DNA of 64,000 bases from Spirochaetia bacterium (GTDB lineage Bacteria > Spirochaetota > Spirochaetia > SZUA-6 > Bin103), in assembly GCA_965208575.1 (NCBI GenBank), contig CBDBOV010000006.1, positions 320,001-384,000 of the forward strand, in the 5' to 3' direction. Positions 42,032 through 56,864 of this stretch are shown piece by piece (positions within the stretch are counted from its first letter, which is position 1; every line of letters starts with the position of its first letter). Made by a program: the position numbers and the translations under genes. The notes under the pieces were generated by a model. That model had not been told where the DNA came from and searched no databases. It was given only the letters and a program-made list of their open reading frames with translations.

Positions 42032-43126
42032 TTACGACGATTCGCCGTCCGCCGGCGGGTTCGGCGGCGGCACGGGGGCGAGCACGTCGGTCGCCCCCAT
42101 CTGGCGCGCGCGCCGCTCCCATCGTCGCCTCGCCAGCTTCTGCATGTCGATCTCGACGTCCGACTCGTCGACGATCTCGCTGCCGAGCAGCGACTCCACC
42201 ACGTCCTCCATGGTAACGATGCCGGCCATGCCGCCGTACTGGTCCACCAGCACGGCGATGTGCTGGCGCTCGTCGAGAAACTGCGCGAACACCTCGCGCA
42301 GGGGCTGCGTCTCCGGCACCAGGGTGATGCTGCGTTGCAACTCCGCCAACCGCCGTTCCGTGTGCCCCTGCGCAGCGCTGAGCAGCAGGTCGCTCTTCAG
42401 GACGTACCCGGTTACCGTCTCGATGCTGTCCGCGTAGGTGGGAATACGCGAGAACGTCAGCCCGTTGCGGTCGTCAAGCAACTCCTGAACCGTCGCCTGC
42501 TCCGGGAACGCCACCACCACGGTGCGCGGCGTCATGATCTCCCGCACGCGCATTGAGCCGAACCGGATGACATTCTGCAGCACGCGGGACTCGCTGTCCT
42601 GCACCACGCCCTCCTGCTTGCCGAGTTCCGGAAGGGCCCGGAGTTCCTCCGGACTGACCCGTGCCGGCCGGCGCCCGCGCTGCACCATGCGGCGCAATCC
42701 CCCGCCCGCCCACACGAACGGATACATCACGTAGATCAGGAATTGCGTGGTCCGCGTCGCCGCCGGCGCCAGTCCGCGCCAATAGGTCGCGCCGATGGTC
42801 TTGGGAATGATCTCGGAAAAAAACAGCACCAGCAGGGTCAAACCCGCCGAGATCAAGCCCACCGAGCCGCTGCCGAACAGGACCGCCGCCTGCGCGCCCA
42901 CGCCGGTGGCGCCGGCGGTGTTGGCAATGGTGTTGAGCGCCAGAATCGCCGCCAGCGGCCGCTGGGCGTCGCGCTTGTAGCTGGCCAGCAGGTTGCCGAC
43001 CGCGCGCCGCTTCTTGCTGATGGCGACCACGTAACTGGGCGTCACGGAGAGAATCACCGCCTCCAGGATGGAGCACAGGAAGGAGAACCCGAGGGTCCCT
43101 GCCAGGAGCAGAATGAGCAACAGCAT
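42032..43126 (-). CDS. CNNM/DUF21-CBS domain protein (hemolysin/CorC family)
   Basis: Motifs 'SFLCSILEA', 'AILALNTIANT.GA', 'FSEIIPKTIGA', 'IMTPR' and 'VDQYGG..GIVTMEDVVE'. Confidence 0.92.
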   Translation of the reverse strand: MLLLILLLAGTLGFSFLCSILEAVILSVTPSYVVAISKKRRAVGNLLASYKRDAQRPLAAILALNTIANTAGATGVGAQAAVLFGSGSVGLISAGLTLLVLFFSEIIPKTIGATYWRGLAPAATRTTQFLIYVMYPFVWAGGGLRRMVQRGRRPARVSPEELRALPELGKQEGVVQDSESRVLQNVIRFGSMRVREIMTPRTVVVAFPEQATVQELLDDRNGLTFSRIPTYADSIETVTGYVLKSDLLLSAAQGHTERRLAELQRSITLVPETQPLREVFAQFLDERQHIAVLVDQYGGMAGIVTMEDVVESLLGSEIVDESDVEIDMQKLARRRWERRARQMGATDVLAPVPPPNPPADGESS

Positions 43127-43137
43127 GGTACTCGGGG

Positions 43138-43908
43138 CTAGCCTCCGAACACCTCGTCGCGCATGGCGCTCAGGTAGCGGTCGGCGATCAGCCGCAACGG
43201 CTTCACCGCCAGGGAGAAGTTCTCACTCAGCGCGTTCAGGGTATCGCCCAGCTCGTGATGGGTCGCGTGCCGGTGGCCGGCGGCAAGGGAGTAGAACAGG
43301 GTGCCCTGCTCCCTCCAGGTCGCGGCGCTGTAACCCCACACCCGATCGGCCGAGAACACTCCGCAAGCGAACAGGCAAAGGTCGGCGATGTGGCAGTACA
43401 GGTCGAAGCGATGCTCCTCGTCGATTGCCCTGCAGAAGCGGATCAGGCTGCGCAGGTCGAGGTCATTGACCCGCATGGCGCGCGGCTTGCCGTCGGGACG
43501 GCGCGCCACCACCATGCGCTGCTCGCTCTTCACGAAGCCGGCAAGCACGGCAACGAGGTAGTCGCGGATCTGCTCCGGCTGCAGGAACGCGCACACCTCG
43601 GCGCTGTCGAACACCGGCATGGTGATGTCGCCGTCCCGCTCGAGGGTATAGCCCTGGTCCCGCAGGTCCTTCAGGGCACGCAGGAGCAGCACGGTAAAGA
43701 ACAGGTTGCCGGAGACATTGATGAACGCCTCCTCGGAGTCGAGCAGGGCGTGGAACACGCGGTCGTCGGCGAGCACCGCCTCGCGAATGTCGCGGTCTTC
43801 GCGCACCGCTCGGGCCAAAGAGGCCCGGTCGCGGGTGTCGGTGGCAAGCGAGTCCATGATGTAATCAAGGTCGCCCTCGGAAAACGTCGCCGTTTGCGGA
43901 TGTGCCAA
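43138..43908 (-). CDS. Conserved hypothetical protein
   Basis: 256-aa ORF with host-like codon usage. Protein-like segments 'VSGNLFF.VLL', 'DYLVAVLA.F' and 'HIAD.CLF..GVF'. Confidence 0.72.
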   Translation of the reverse strand: MAHPQTATFSEGDLDYIMDSLATDTRDRASLARAVREDRDIREAVLADDRVFHALLDSEEAFINVSGNLFFTVLLLRALKDLRDQGYTLERDGDITMPVFDSAEVCAFLQPEQIRDYLVAVLAGFVKSEQRMVVARRPDGKPRAMRVNDLDLRSLIRFCRAIDEEHRFDLYCHIADLCLFACGVFSADRVWGYSAATWREQGTLFYSLAAGHRHATHHELGDTLNALSENFSLAVKPLRLIADRYLSAMRDEVFGG

Positions 43909-44108
43909 CCTGTACCTGAACAGCCATTATCTGGCTGCTGCGCCGACCATGATAAGCGTGCGCCGCCGGAAGCGCAACGGGCGTTGCCAGGGCCAACCAG
44001 GGCCAGGCAGGACAGGCGGAGCGCACCGGGCGAGCCGCTCGGCCGCAGCGCCGCCGGCTTGCCGGCTCGCCCTCCGCGCTGACCCGCACCTCATTCGCCC
44101 GTATACTC

Positions 44109-45452
44109 GTGCCCGTGAGTCTGCAATCGGCCGTCCTATCGACCCATCCGCTCGATTCGTTCGACCGCGCCGAGCGGCGTGCGGCCGTGCTCCGCCGCGC
44201 CGCCACCATGCCGCCGCCGGTGGCGCCGAACAGCAGCGCGCCGGTCAACATGCACCTGCACACCTTTTTCTCGTTCAACATTGCCGGCTTCTCGCCGAGC
44301 CACGTGGCCGTGCGGGCGCGCGAGTGGGGCCTGTACGCGGCCGCTACCACCGACTTCGACGTGCTCGACGCCGCGGACGAGTTTCTCGATGCCGCCTCGG
44401 TGCTCGGTCTGCGCGCCGCCGCGCACATCGAGACGCGCGTGTACGCGCCGGAATTCGCCGCCGCGGAAACCAACTCCCCCGGTGAGCCCGGCATCTGTTA
44501 CGTGATGGGTGCCGCCTTCCCCCGCACGCCGCACCCGGACATGCCCACCTTTGCGATGGCGCGGGAGTTGTGCGCGCGGGCGGCGGCGCGCAACGCGGAC
44601 GTCGTCGACCGGATCAACGCGCTGCTGCCGGACATCGCCGTCTCCTACGAACAGGATGTCGCCGGCGCGACGCCGGGATACAGCCCTACCGAGCGCCACA
44701 TCGTGCGCGCCTACCTGGCGCGTGCGGCGCAGGCGTTTCCCGATACCCAGGAGCGAGCTTCGTTCTGGGGCGGTGTCCTGGGTCGGCCGGCAGACAGCGT
44801 GGCCGACCTGCCGCACGGCGCCCTGCAGGACCTGGCGCGGCGCCGCCTGATCAAGCACGGCGGCGTCGCCTACCAGCAGCCGGGACCCGCCTCGTTCCCG
44901 GAGATCGGCGTCTTCTGCGACTGGGTGCGGGACAGCGGCGCCATCCCGATGGCCGCCTGGCGCGACGGCACCAGCCGTGGCGAGTCGGATCCCGCGGCGT
45001 GGCTCGACGCCCTGGAAGCGCGCGGCGTGGCGTCCGTGAACGTGGTGCCCGGCCTGGTGACCGACCCGCATCGCCTGGAGCGGCTCATGGCCGAGGTTGC
45101 GCGCCGCCACCTGCCGGTGGGCGTGGGCACCGAGATGAACGCGGACGGGCTGGCCGACTACGACGACCTCGACAGCCCGCTCCTGGCTCCCTACCGCGAG
45201 GAGTTCGTGACCGGCGCCGAGGTGTTCGTGGGGCACACCATCCTGGCGCGCTTCGCGGCCTTTCCCTACTGTGGAGCGCGCGCCGCCGCGCAGTATCCAC
45301 TCCGTGTGCGGCGCAACGAGTTCTTCGCCGCGGTGGGACGCCTGCCGCCGCCCGATCCCGCCGCCGCCGCCGAGTTGACCGACATCGGCCCGGAAGCCGC
45401 CCTCCGCCACCTGCACGATGCGGTGCGGCGCGCGGAGCGGCGCGATGGCTGA
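44109..45452 (+). CDS. PHP-domain (metal-dependent phosphoesterase-like) protein
   Basis: 'VNMHLHTFFS', 'TTDFD' and 'TERH'. Overlaps the downstream kinase. Confidence 0.72.
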   Translation: MPVSLQSAVLSTHPLDSFDRAERRAAVLRRAATMPPPVAPNSSAPVNMHLHTFFSFNIAGFSPSHVAVRAREWGLYAAATTDFDVLDAADEFLDAASVLGLRAAAHIETRVYAPEFAAAETNSPGEPGICYVMGAAFPRTPHPDMPTFAMARELCARAAARNADVVDRINALLPDIAVSYEQDVAGATPGYSPTERHIVRAYLARAAQAFPDTQERASFWGGVLGRPADSVADLPHGALQDLARRRLIKHGGVAYQQPGPASFPEIGVFCDWVRDSGAIPMAAWRDGTSRGESDPAAWLDALEARGVASVNVVPGLVTDPHRLERLMAEVARRHLPVGVGTEMNADGLADYDDLDSPLLAPYREEFVTGAEVFVGHTILARFAAFPYCGARAAAQYPLRVRRNEFFAAVGRLPPPDPAAAAELTDIGPEAALRHLHDAVRRAERRDG

Positions 45453-46860
45453 CACCTTCCTCGCCGTCGACCTCGGCGCCGAGAGCGGGCGCGTCATCGC
45501 CGGCAACCTGGAACGGTTCGAGGTGGTACACCGCTTCGACAACACCCCGGTCCGCATCGGAGACAGCCTGCACTGGAACATCCTCGGCCTGTACGAAGAG
45601 ATCAAGGCGGGGGTACGGATCGGCCTTGGGCATGACCCGGTCAGCGTCGGCATCGACACCTGGGGCGTGGACTACGGCCTGCTCGACCGGTCGGGAGCGC
45701 TGCTCGGGGTACCCTACCACTACCGCGACGCGCGCACGGACCACGCCGCCGACGAGGTGGATCGCCTGATCGAGCGGCGTGCCCTGTACGAGGAGACCGG
45801 CATCCAGACCATGCCGTTCAATACCCTGTATCAACTCTACGCGCAACGGCAGCGGCAGCCCGAGCTGGTGAACGGCGCGCGGCGCTTCCTCACGCTGCCG
45901 GATCTGCTGCACTACTGGCTCAGCGGCGTGGCGGTCAACGAATTCACCAACGCCAGCACCACCGGGCTGCGCAACCCGCGCGCGGCAACCTGGTCGCAGC
46001 GCGTGCTCGACCTCCTCGGCCTTCCGCGATCGCTGTTCAGCGAGCCGGTCATGCCCGGCACCGAGATAGGCGGGCTGCAGCCCGGCGTCGCGGCCGAACT
46101 CGGCGCCGCTCACCTGCGCGTGGTGCTGCCACCCTGTCACGACACGGCCGCGGCGGTGGTGGCGACGCCGATGGCCGCTCCCGACGAGTCGGTCTACATC
46201 AGCTCCGGCACCTGGTCGCTGCTCGGCATCGAGTGTGCGCAGCCGATCATGGGCGACCCGAGCTTCGCACACAACTTCACCAACGAGGGCGGCGCCGACG
46301 GCGGCATCCGGTTCCTGAAGAACATCATGGGGCTGTGGATCGTGCAGGAGTGCCGGCGGCAGTGGGCCGCGCAGGGCAACTCATACGAGTACGGCGAACT
46401 TGCCGGCATGGCGGAGGCGGCCGGCCCGGCGCAGTTCAGCATCGCACCCGACGACGAGCGGTTCTACAAGCCTGGGTTGATCGACGACGGCATGGCGGAC
46501 CGCATCGCCGCCTGGTGCCGGGAGACCGATCAGCCGGTGCCGGACACGCCGGGGGCCGTGGTGCGCGGCGTGCTCGAGAGCCTCGCCCGCACCTACGCCG
46601 CCGCCGTGCGGCACCTCACCGAGATCACCGGCGCCCGCTACCGGCACATCCACGTGATCGGCGGCGGCAGCCGGAACCGCCTGCTGTGTCAACTCACCGC
46701 CGATGCCAGCGGCTGCGAGGTACACGCCGGACCGGTCGAGGCCACCGCCCTCGGCAACCTCCTCGTGCAGGCCGTTGCCGCCGGCGAGCTGAGTTCCATC
46801 GAGTCCGGCCGCGCCCTGATCCGCGAACGCGCCCGGCTGGTCAGGTACCGTCCCCGGTAG
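45445..46860 (+). CDS. Rhamnulokinase/fuculokinase (FGGY family)
   Basis: Motifs 'AVDLGAESGR', 'GIDTWGVDY', 'HYRD.RT', 'HDTA', 'ISSGTWSL', 'FTNEGG' and 'GPVEATALGN'. Confidence 0.93.
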   Translation: MADTFLAVDLGAESGRVIAGNLERFEVVHRFDNTPVRIGDSLHWNILGLYEEIKAGVRIGLGHDPVSVGIDTWGVDYGLLDRSGALLGVPYHYRDARTDHAADEVDRLIERRALYEETGIQTMPFNTLYQLYAQRQRQPELVNGARRFLTLPDLLHYWLSGVAVNEFTNASTTGLRNPRAATWSQRVLDLLGLPRSLFSEPVMPGTEIGGLQPGVAAELGAAHLRVVLPPCHDTAAAVVATPMAAPDESVYISSGTWSLLGIECAQPIMGDPSFAHNFTNEGGADGGIRFLKNIMGLWIVQECRRQWAAQGNSYEYGELAGMAEAAGPAQFSIAPDDERFYKPGLIDDGMADRIAAWCRETDQPVPDTPGAVVRGVLESLARTYAAAVRHLTEITGARYRHIHVIGGGSRNRLLCQLTADASGCEVHAGPVEATALGNLLVQAVAAGELSSIESGRALIRERARLVRYRPR

Positions 46861-46883
46861 CGGTCACGGGTTGCCGGTCGCTC

Positions 46884-47597
46884 CTACTGGTCGCTCAATG
46901 CCAGCGGATGGAATCGGGTATCGCGATCGTAGTGGTCGACACCCTCGCTGCGCTTGAGAAAGCGGACGACGGCATAGGTCAGCGGCGTCGCCGCCGTTTC
47001 GTACAACACCTTGGCCGCCCACTGCGACCCGATTGCCACCAACAGCGCATCCGGCGGCAGCACCCCCACAAACGCGACGGTTACGAACAGCGCGGAGTCC
47101 ACCGCCTGCCCCACCACCGTGGAACCGATGGTGCGCAGCCACAGATGGCGGCCCGCGGTGCGAATCTTCAGCTTCGCGAGCACGAACGCGTTCAGAAACT
47201 CGCCGCCGAGGTACGCCACGAACGACGCCACCAGCAGGCGTCCTGAATAACCGAGAATGGCCTGGTACGCCTCCTGCTGGTCCCAGAACGATGCCGGCGG
47301 GATCGCTCCGCCAAGCATGATTGCCAGCACGGCCACCAGGTTGCACAGGAACCCGATCCAGATGGTGCGCCGCGCAACCGCGTAACCATACACCTCGGTG
47401 AGCACGTCGGCGACGATGTAGGAAATCGGAAACAGGACGATGGCAGCGGTGACCACCAGCGGGCCAATGCTGACCAGCTTCACCGCGACGATGTTCGATA
47501 TGATCAATACCGTGACGAACAGCCCGGTAACCAGCGGCAGCCAGCGGCCTGCCGGCGCGCCCGCCTCGCGGCCGCCCTCACGCCGCGTTACCGCCAT
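46884..47597 (-). CDS. yhhQ: Queuosine precursor transporter (VUT/YhhQ family)
   Basis: Motifs 'ISNIVAVK', 'FPISYI..DVLTEVYGY', 'ASFVAYL.GEF.N' and 'RTIGST.VGQ..DS'. Confidence 0.92.
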   Translation of the reverse strand: MAVTRREGGREAGAPAGRWLPLVTGLFVTVLIISNIVAVKLVSIGPLVVTAAIVLFPISYIVADVLTEVYGYAVARRTIWIGFLCNLVAVLAIMLGGAIPPASFWDQQEAYQAILGYSGRLLVASFVAYLGGEFLNAFVLAKLKIRTAGRHLWLRTIGSTVVGQAVDSALFVTVAFVGVLPPDALLVAIGSQWAAKVLYETAATPLTYAVVRFLKRSEGVDHYDRDTRFHPLALSDQ

Positions 47598-47729
47598 CGC
47601 CGGTGCGCAGCGGAGCTGCCAATGCCAGTCACAGTGCTTGTCACGGGGAATCTGCCTACGACGTCGGTCATCGCATCCGAATCTATGCAATGCCGACCGC
47701 GCTGTCGACGCAACAGCCAAAAAAAAAAT

Positions 47730-47846
<117 letters not shown>

Positions 47847-47866
47847 AAAATTTCAGATTTCGAGGG

Positions 47867-47916
47867 AGCGGCGTCGGCCGACAGCCAACAGCCGCCGTTT
47901 GGCACAGCCAAACGAC
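47867..47916 (-). repeat. REP-like family A copy in the 23S-5S spacer
   Basis: Minus strand GTTTGGC-TGT-GCCAAACGGCGGCTGTTGGCTGTCGGCCGACGCCGCT matches the copies at 41836 and 41973. Confidence 0.65.
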
Positions 47917-47992
47917 AAGAGTCGACGGGCGGCGGGCGCCGCCCCGGTTGGCACTCTCGGCCCCGCGCGGGGCCGAGAGTGCGGAGTAATAT

Positions 47993-51032
<3,040 letters not shown>

Positions 51033-51298
51033 ATATTACTCCACAATCTACGCACGACGCTGTCTGCGTCGTCGTGTTCGCTCGATTAGAACTCTCGGTT
51101 TTTCGACGTATGCAAGTTGTTGTTACAACTTTCATAGGTCGTCAACTCTTGTTCCCTTCTCTGTTCGGTGCAAACGCATCTACGCTTGCCCGAAGGCTGT
51201 CAAAGACCGGCCGCCGGCAGGTGCGATCCAAACAACGAACCGCACCACCTGGCGGTTTTCCGCGGCGCCGCAACGCCGCAGTCTACCTGCTATCGGTA

Positions 51299-51372
51299 TG
51301 GAGGTATGGGGATTCGAACCCCAGACCTATGGCTTGCAAAGCCATCGCTCTAGCCATCTGAGCTATACCCCC
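51299..51372 (-). tRNA. tRNA-Ala (TGC); CCA not encoded
   Basis: GGGGGTATAGCTCAGATGGCTAGAGCGATGGCT-TTGCAA-GCCAT...GGTTCGAATCC...TACCTCCA folds as a cloverleaf in the 16S-23S spacer. Confidence 0.95.
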
Positions 51373-51589
51373 CGCTTGTGCTCGAACCAGGCGCGGTCCG
51401 AACCAATCCGTGCAAAAGGGGTCCTCGTCGTCTACCTACCCCCGCGGTGCAAGGCACAACGTGCCCAGGCACCACATCAGGATTCGCAACGAAAGGAGAA
51501 AGGAGAGAGCCTTCGATCGTAACCGGGTGTCTCGAGTAACACTCGAATCGGGTTGCGGACATCCCTAAGGACACCCGCGGGTCTCTTTA

Positions 51590-53130
<1,541 letters not shown>

Positions 53131-53488
53131 GATATGGTAAGCGTCACTCCGAAGAGCAACGCTCTCATTCAAATTCAATCCTTGACAAACAATTTGACAA
53201 GGACCGGCGCCCGCTGCCACAGGACGGCGTGAATGCCGCCCCGGCTGGCTGCGCCGGAACCCGATCACAACTTTAGGCTCTCCCCTTCTCTCTAGCGACC
53301 TCCGACACCACCACCAAACGATGACTCACCGTTCGACGGCAGAAACGTCGGCTGCCGCATGTTGCCAAAGAACGCGGTCCCGTGCTGCCGGTTGCCCGGC
53401 GGCGGGGCCGCCTGCGGAGCGCCACGGACACCGTTCGGCGTACGCGAGGTCACTCCGGGGTCCGGGCTCCCCCAGACCAGCGGGAGCT

Positions 53489-53539
53489 AATTTAAGCCAC
53501 CGGGATCGGATCGGTCAACCGCCCGCGGCAACTTTTTTT
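53489..53539 (-). promoter_or_regulatory. rRNA operon promoter with an A-tract UP element
   Basis: Minus strand AAAAAAA...TTGACC-18 nt-TAAATT. A boxA-like GTTCTTTG lies downstream at about 53366-53373. Confidence 0.7.
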
Positions 53540-53642
53540 GGCCTCTCCGCTCACCCGGCGAATGTGGGCAGCGCGGTGGGCGCACGGTGCCGAGTCGCGC
53601 TATGCTTGCGCCTGGGTGCAGGGGCCGCCCTACCCCGCGACC

Positions 53643-55094
53643 ATGGCCAGACGTCAGGCTTCTCCATCCGCTCCGTCCGCGCGCGCCCGGCTGTTGCGCC
53701 TGGCCGCGAATGCACTCTCGCTGTCCCGTCTGGTGATCGGCACCGGCGCATTCTTCGTGCTGTCCGGCGGCCCGGGCAGCGCGGCACGGCCCACGCCGGC
53801 GGCGGCGCTGGCGGCGCTCGCCCTGGTGCTGGCGGCCTCCGTCACCGACTACCTCGACGGCGCCGCGGCGCGGCGCGCCAAGCAACTGGCCGCCGCGGAC
53901 CCGGCAGACCCCGCGCCGGCGCACGCCGACGAGTTCGGCCGCTGGATCGATGCGTTCGCCGACTTCTTCCTGTTCCTGTGCATACTTGGCGCGCTTACCC
54001 GCTCCGGCCTGGCACCGGCATGGCTGTTCGCACTGTTTCTGTCGCGCGAGGCGGCCATGTACCTGATCATCAGGCCGGCATCGGTGCGTTTCGGGCTGGA
54101 TCACGGCGCCAAGCTGTCCGGCAAGATCAAGACCGTCCTGCAGTACACCGGGGTGGTCGGCCTGCTGGCAATGCTCTCCCTGCCGCAGCAGCACGCGCCG
54201 CCGGCCGCGCTGTTGGAGAGCGTGGTGCTGGTGACCCTCACGCTGATGGTGACCGCCTCTTTGGCTTCGCTGTACTGGTATCTGCGTCCGCTGTTCGATG
54301 CCTGGCCGGCACGCCAGCGCGGCTTGCCGCAGCAGCTCCTGTCGGTACTGCTCGCGCTCGCGGTGCTGCAGGTCGTACTGTACCGGACCCTGGCCCCGGT
54401 AGCGGCAAGCTGGGACTCGTTCGCGGTCGGAACGGTGCTGTTTCACGCGCTCGTCGGCGGATTGCTGTTCTGGCGGCACGAGGAGTTCCAGCCGGTAGAT
54501 CCCCCACCGCACCGCCGCATCGCCCGCCTCACGCTGCCCAACGCACTGACGCTCCTGCGCCTCAGTTCGATACCCACGCTCGCCCTGCTGTGGGGCTACG
54601 GCCCGCGCCCGGACGCGGCACCCGCGCTGGTTACGATCACCGCGGCGATCTTCCTGACCGACCTGCTGGACGGCGCGCTGGCACGTCGCCGCGGCCAGGT
54701 GACCACGGTGGGCGGCTACCTCGACTCCGGCAGCGACTACCTTGCGTTGCTCGCCCTGGCCGGGCTGCTCGCCGCGCGCGGCATCATGCCGGCCTGGCTG
54801 GCCGCGCTGTTGATCGCGCGACTGGTGCTCAACGCCATCGCCGTGGCGGTGATCAAGTTCCGTCGCCGCAACTACACGCCGAGGCCCACCACCTGGGGCA
54901 AGATCTCGGTGGCCGCCGCCATGGCGATGATCACCGCCGAGCTGCTGGTGCATGCCACGACCGCCCCGCAACCGCCGGCGCCGCGCGTCGCGGGCATCGT
55001 GCAGGTCGCCGAACTGGTGACCGCGGCGATCCTGGCGATCTCGCTCGCCGACAAGGCGCGCTACTTCCTGCGCACCCTGGACGATTCGCGCTGA
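53643..55094 (+). CDS. Tandem two-domain CDP-alcohol phosphatidyltransferase
   Basis: Two 'N.L(S/T)..R' starts and two DxxDGxxAR...GxxxDxxxD motifs. Each domain has a 'GKI' motif. Confidence 0.85.
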   Translation: MARRQASPSAPSARARLLRLAANALSLSRLVIGTGAFFVLSGGPGSAARPTPAAALAALALVLAASVTDYLDGAAARRAKQLAAADPADPAPAHADEFGRWIDAFADFFLFLCILGALTRSGLAPAWLFALFLSREAAMYLIIRPASVRFGLDHGAKLSGKIKTVLQYTGVVGLLAMLSLPQQHAPPAALLESVVLVTLTLMVTASLASLYWYLRPLFDAWPARQRGLPQQLLSVLLALAVLQVVLYRTLAPVAASWDSFAVGTVLFHALVGGLLFWRHEEFQPVDPPPHRRIARLTLPNALTLLRLSSIPTLALLWGYGPRPDAAPALVTITAAIFLTDLLDGALARRRGQVTTVGGYLDSGSDYLALLALAGLLAARGIMPAWLAALLIARLVLNAIAVAVIKFRRRNYTPRPTTWGKISVAAAMAMITAELLVHATTAPQPPAPRVAGIVQVAELVTAAILAISLADKARYFLRTLDDSR

Positions 55095-55162
55095 GGTATC
55101 ATCCGTCATCACCGGGGGAGGTTGCCGACAGCCGCGCGCTTGTGGTACACCCGACACTACTC

Positions 55163-55984
55163 ATGGCCAAGAAAATCATATCGGTTGCCGTGTGCGGGTC
55201 GCATCCTACCAAGGAGATGAATCCGGCGGTTCCCTATTCGCCCAAGGAAATCGCGGAGGCGGCGGCCGAAAGCCACCGTGCGGGGGCGGCCATCGTGCAC
55301 GTGCACGTGCGCGACCCGGAAACCGGCGTCCCGAATTCACGCTTGGAGCTGTTCGCGGAGGTGGTCGAGCGCATCCGCGACAAGTGCGACATGCTGATCA
55401 ACCTGACCACCAGCGGCTTGAACATACCGGGAAAGGACATCATCGAAGAGCGCCTGGAACCGGTCACGCTGAAGCCGGACATCTGTTCCCTGGACGTCGG
55501 CTCGATGAACTTCGGCAAGCGCGTGTTCCTGAATCCCCCTGACTGGGGGCGCGCCGCGGCGGTGCGCATGCGCGAAGCCGGCGTCAAGCCGGAGATCGAG
55601 GTGTTCGACGCCGGCCACGTGCGGCAGGCGCGGGTGCTGATCGACGAGGGACTGTTCGCGCCGCCGCCGTTCGTGCAGGTCTGCATGGGCGCGGGTTGGG
55701 GTATCGAGGCGAGTCCCGAAAACCTGCTGTTCATGAAGAGCCTGCTGCCCGCGGACGTTCCCTGGTCGGTGCTCGGCGTCGGCCGCCACCAAATCCCGAT
55801 GATCACCATGGCGATCATCGCCGGCGGCCACGTACGGGTCGGGTTCGAGGACAACATCTACCTGCGCCGCGGCCGGCCGCTCAACAGCAACGCGGAGATG
55901 GTCGACCTCGCGGCGAGCCTGATCGGCCAGTTGCAGCACGAGGTGGCGACACCGGACGACGCGCGCGAAATCCTTGCCATCTGA
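55163..55984 (+). CDS. 3-keto-5-aminohexanoate cleavage enzyme family (DUF849/BKACE)
   Basis: Motifs 'P.VPYSP.EIA', '[11 protein letters not shown]', 'SLDVGSMNF', 'KPEIEVFD.G' and '[11 protein letters not shown]'. Confidence 0.93.
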   Translation: MAKKIISVAVCGSHPTKEMNPAVPYSPKEIAEAAAESHRAGAAIVHVHVRDPETGVPNSRLELFAEVVERIRDKCDMLINLTTSGLNIPGKDIIEERLEPVTLKPDICSLDVGSMNFGKRVFLNPPDWGRAAAVRMREAGVKPEIEVFDAGHVRQARVLIDEGLFAPPPFVQVCMGAGWGIEASPENLLFMKSLLPADVPWSVLGVGRHQIPMITMAIIAGGHVRVGFEDNIYLRRGRPLNSNAEMVDLAASLIGQLQHEVATPDDAREILAI

Positions 55985-56843
55985 ACCACGCTCCAGCCTG
56001 GATGGCGTGGTCAAGGGGGTCGTCGAGTGGCACCTGCTGAACATGGCCGGCGAGATGGTCACCATCCGGCTCGCCGACACCATCGGCCCGGGGCTCCGCC
56101 AGGTCCTCAGGCCGCACTGGAGCTACGCGCCCAACCACGGCGACGGCGTGGCGCCGATTCCGCACATGATGAGCCTCGCGGCGCGTTCCGGACCGATCGC
56201 GCTGGGCGCGCCGATGCAGCAGCACTATCGAATCCGGCTGGTGACCACGCGCCGTGCCGGCGGCGCGCTGCGCCGCGCCCACCTGGTCATGCAATGTACC
56301 CTGGTCGCTCCCGGGCGCGCGGCCGGGACCACGCTCGGCAGTTCGGAGATCTGGATGGCGCTGACCCGCCCCTACGCCGCGGCCGGCGAGCACCGCATCA
56401 CCGAGGTGCCGGAGGGGCTGCGTTTCCTGGCCGAGCACCCGTTGCGGGCGGCCGACCTCGGACATCGCCCGATCGATTCGTTTCGCTGCACGGCAGGCGC
56501 CGGCGAGGAGTTGTTTCGCGATACCCTGCCACTGGTCTATCACATGGATCGTTCAGACTCCAACCTGCACATCAACATGCACGTGTACCCGCAGCAGGCC
56601 CTCGACTACCTGGCGCTCAGCTACCATCGCGCCGGCGGCGACGCCGGCCGGCTCCGTTTTCGCGCCGCCACCGCCTACTTCCGGCGTCCGTTCCGGCCCG
56701 GCGACGTCGCCGAGGTGGAGGTCGACCTGGTTGTCGGAACCGAGACGTTCCGTAGCGCGCTGCGCTTCTACCACGTTCCCGAACCGGGGCGGCGCAGTGC
56801 CCGCATCTCGATGGCGATGGAAGCGAGCGGCGTGCTCGTGTAG
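55974..56843 (+). CDS. Hypothetical protein, acyl-ACP/CoA thioesterase-like hotdog fold; start uncertain
   Basis: '[12 protein letters not shown]' resembles the D.N.HVNN..Y thioesterase motif, and '[10 protein letters not shown]' resembles a hotdog strand. Confidence 0.55.
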   Translation: MPSEPRSSLDGVVKGVVEWHLLNMAGEMVTIRLADTIGPGLRQVLRPHWSYAPNHGDGVAPIPHMMSLAARSGPIALGAPMQQHYRIRLVTTRRAGGALRRAHLVMQCTLVAPGRAAGTTLGSSEIWMALTRPYAAAGEHRITEVPEGLRFLAEHPLRAADLGHRPIDSFRCTAGAGEELFRDTLPLVYHMDRSDSNLHINMHVYPQQALDYLALSYHRAGGDAGRLRFRAATAYFRRPFRPGDVAEVEVDLVVGTETFRSALRFYHVPEPGRRSARISMAMEASGVLV

Positions 56844-56864
56844 CGGCGGGTTGGCGGCTGCCGG

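Noticed and set aside
53321-55984. 887-aa ORF ending in DUF849
   Set aside because: The upstream part is an off-frame, Arg-rich read of the CDP-alcohol transferase. The real start is 55163.
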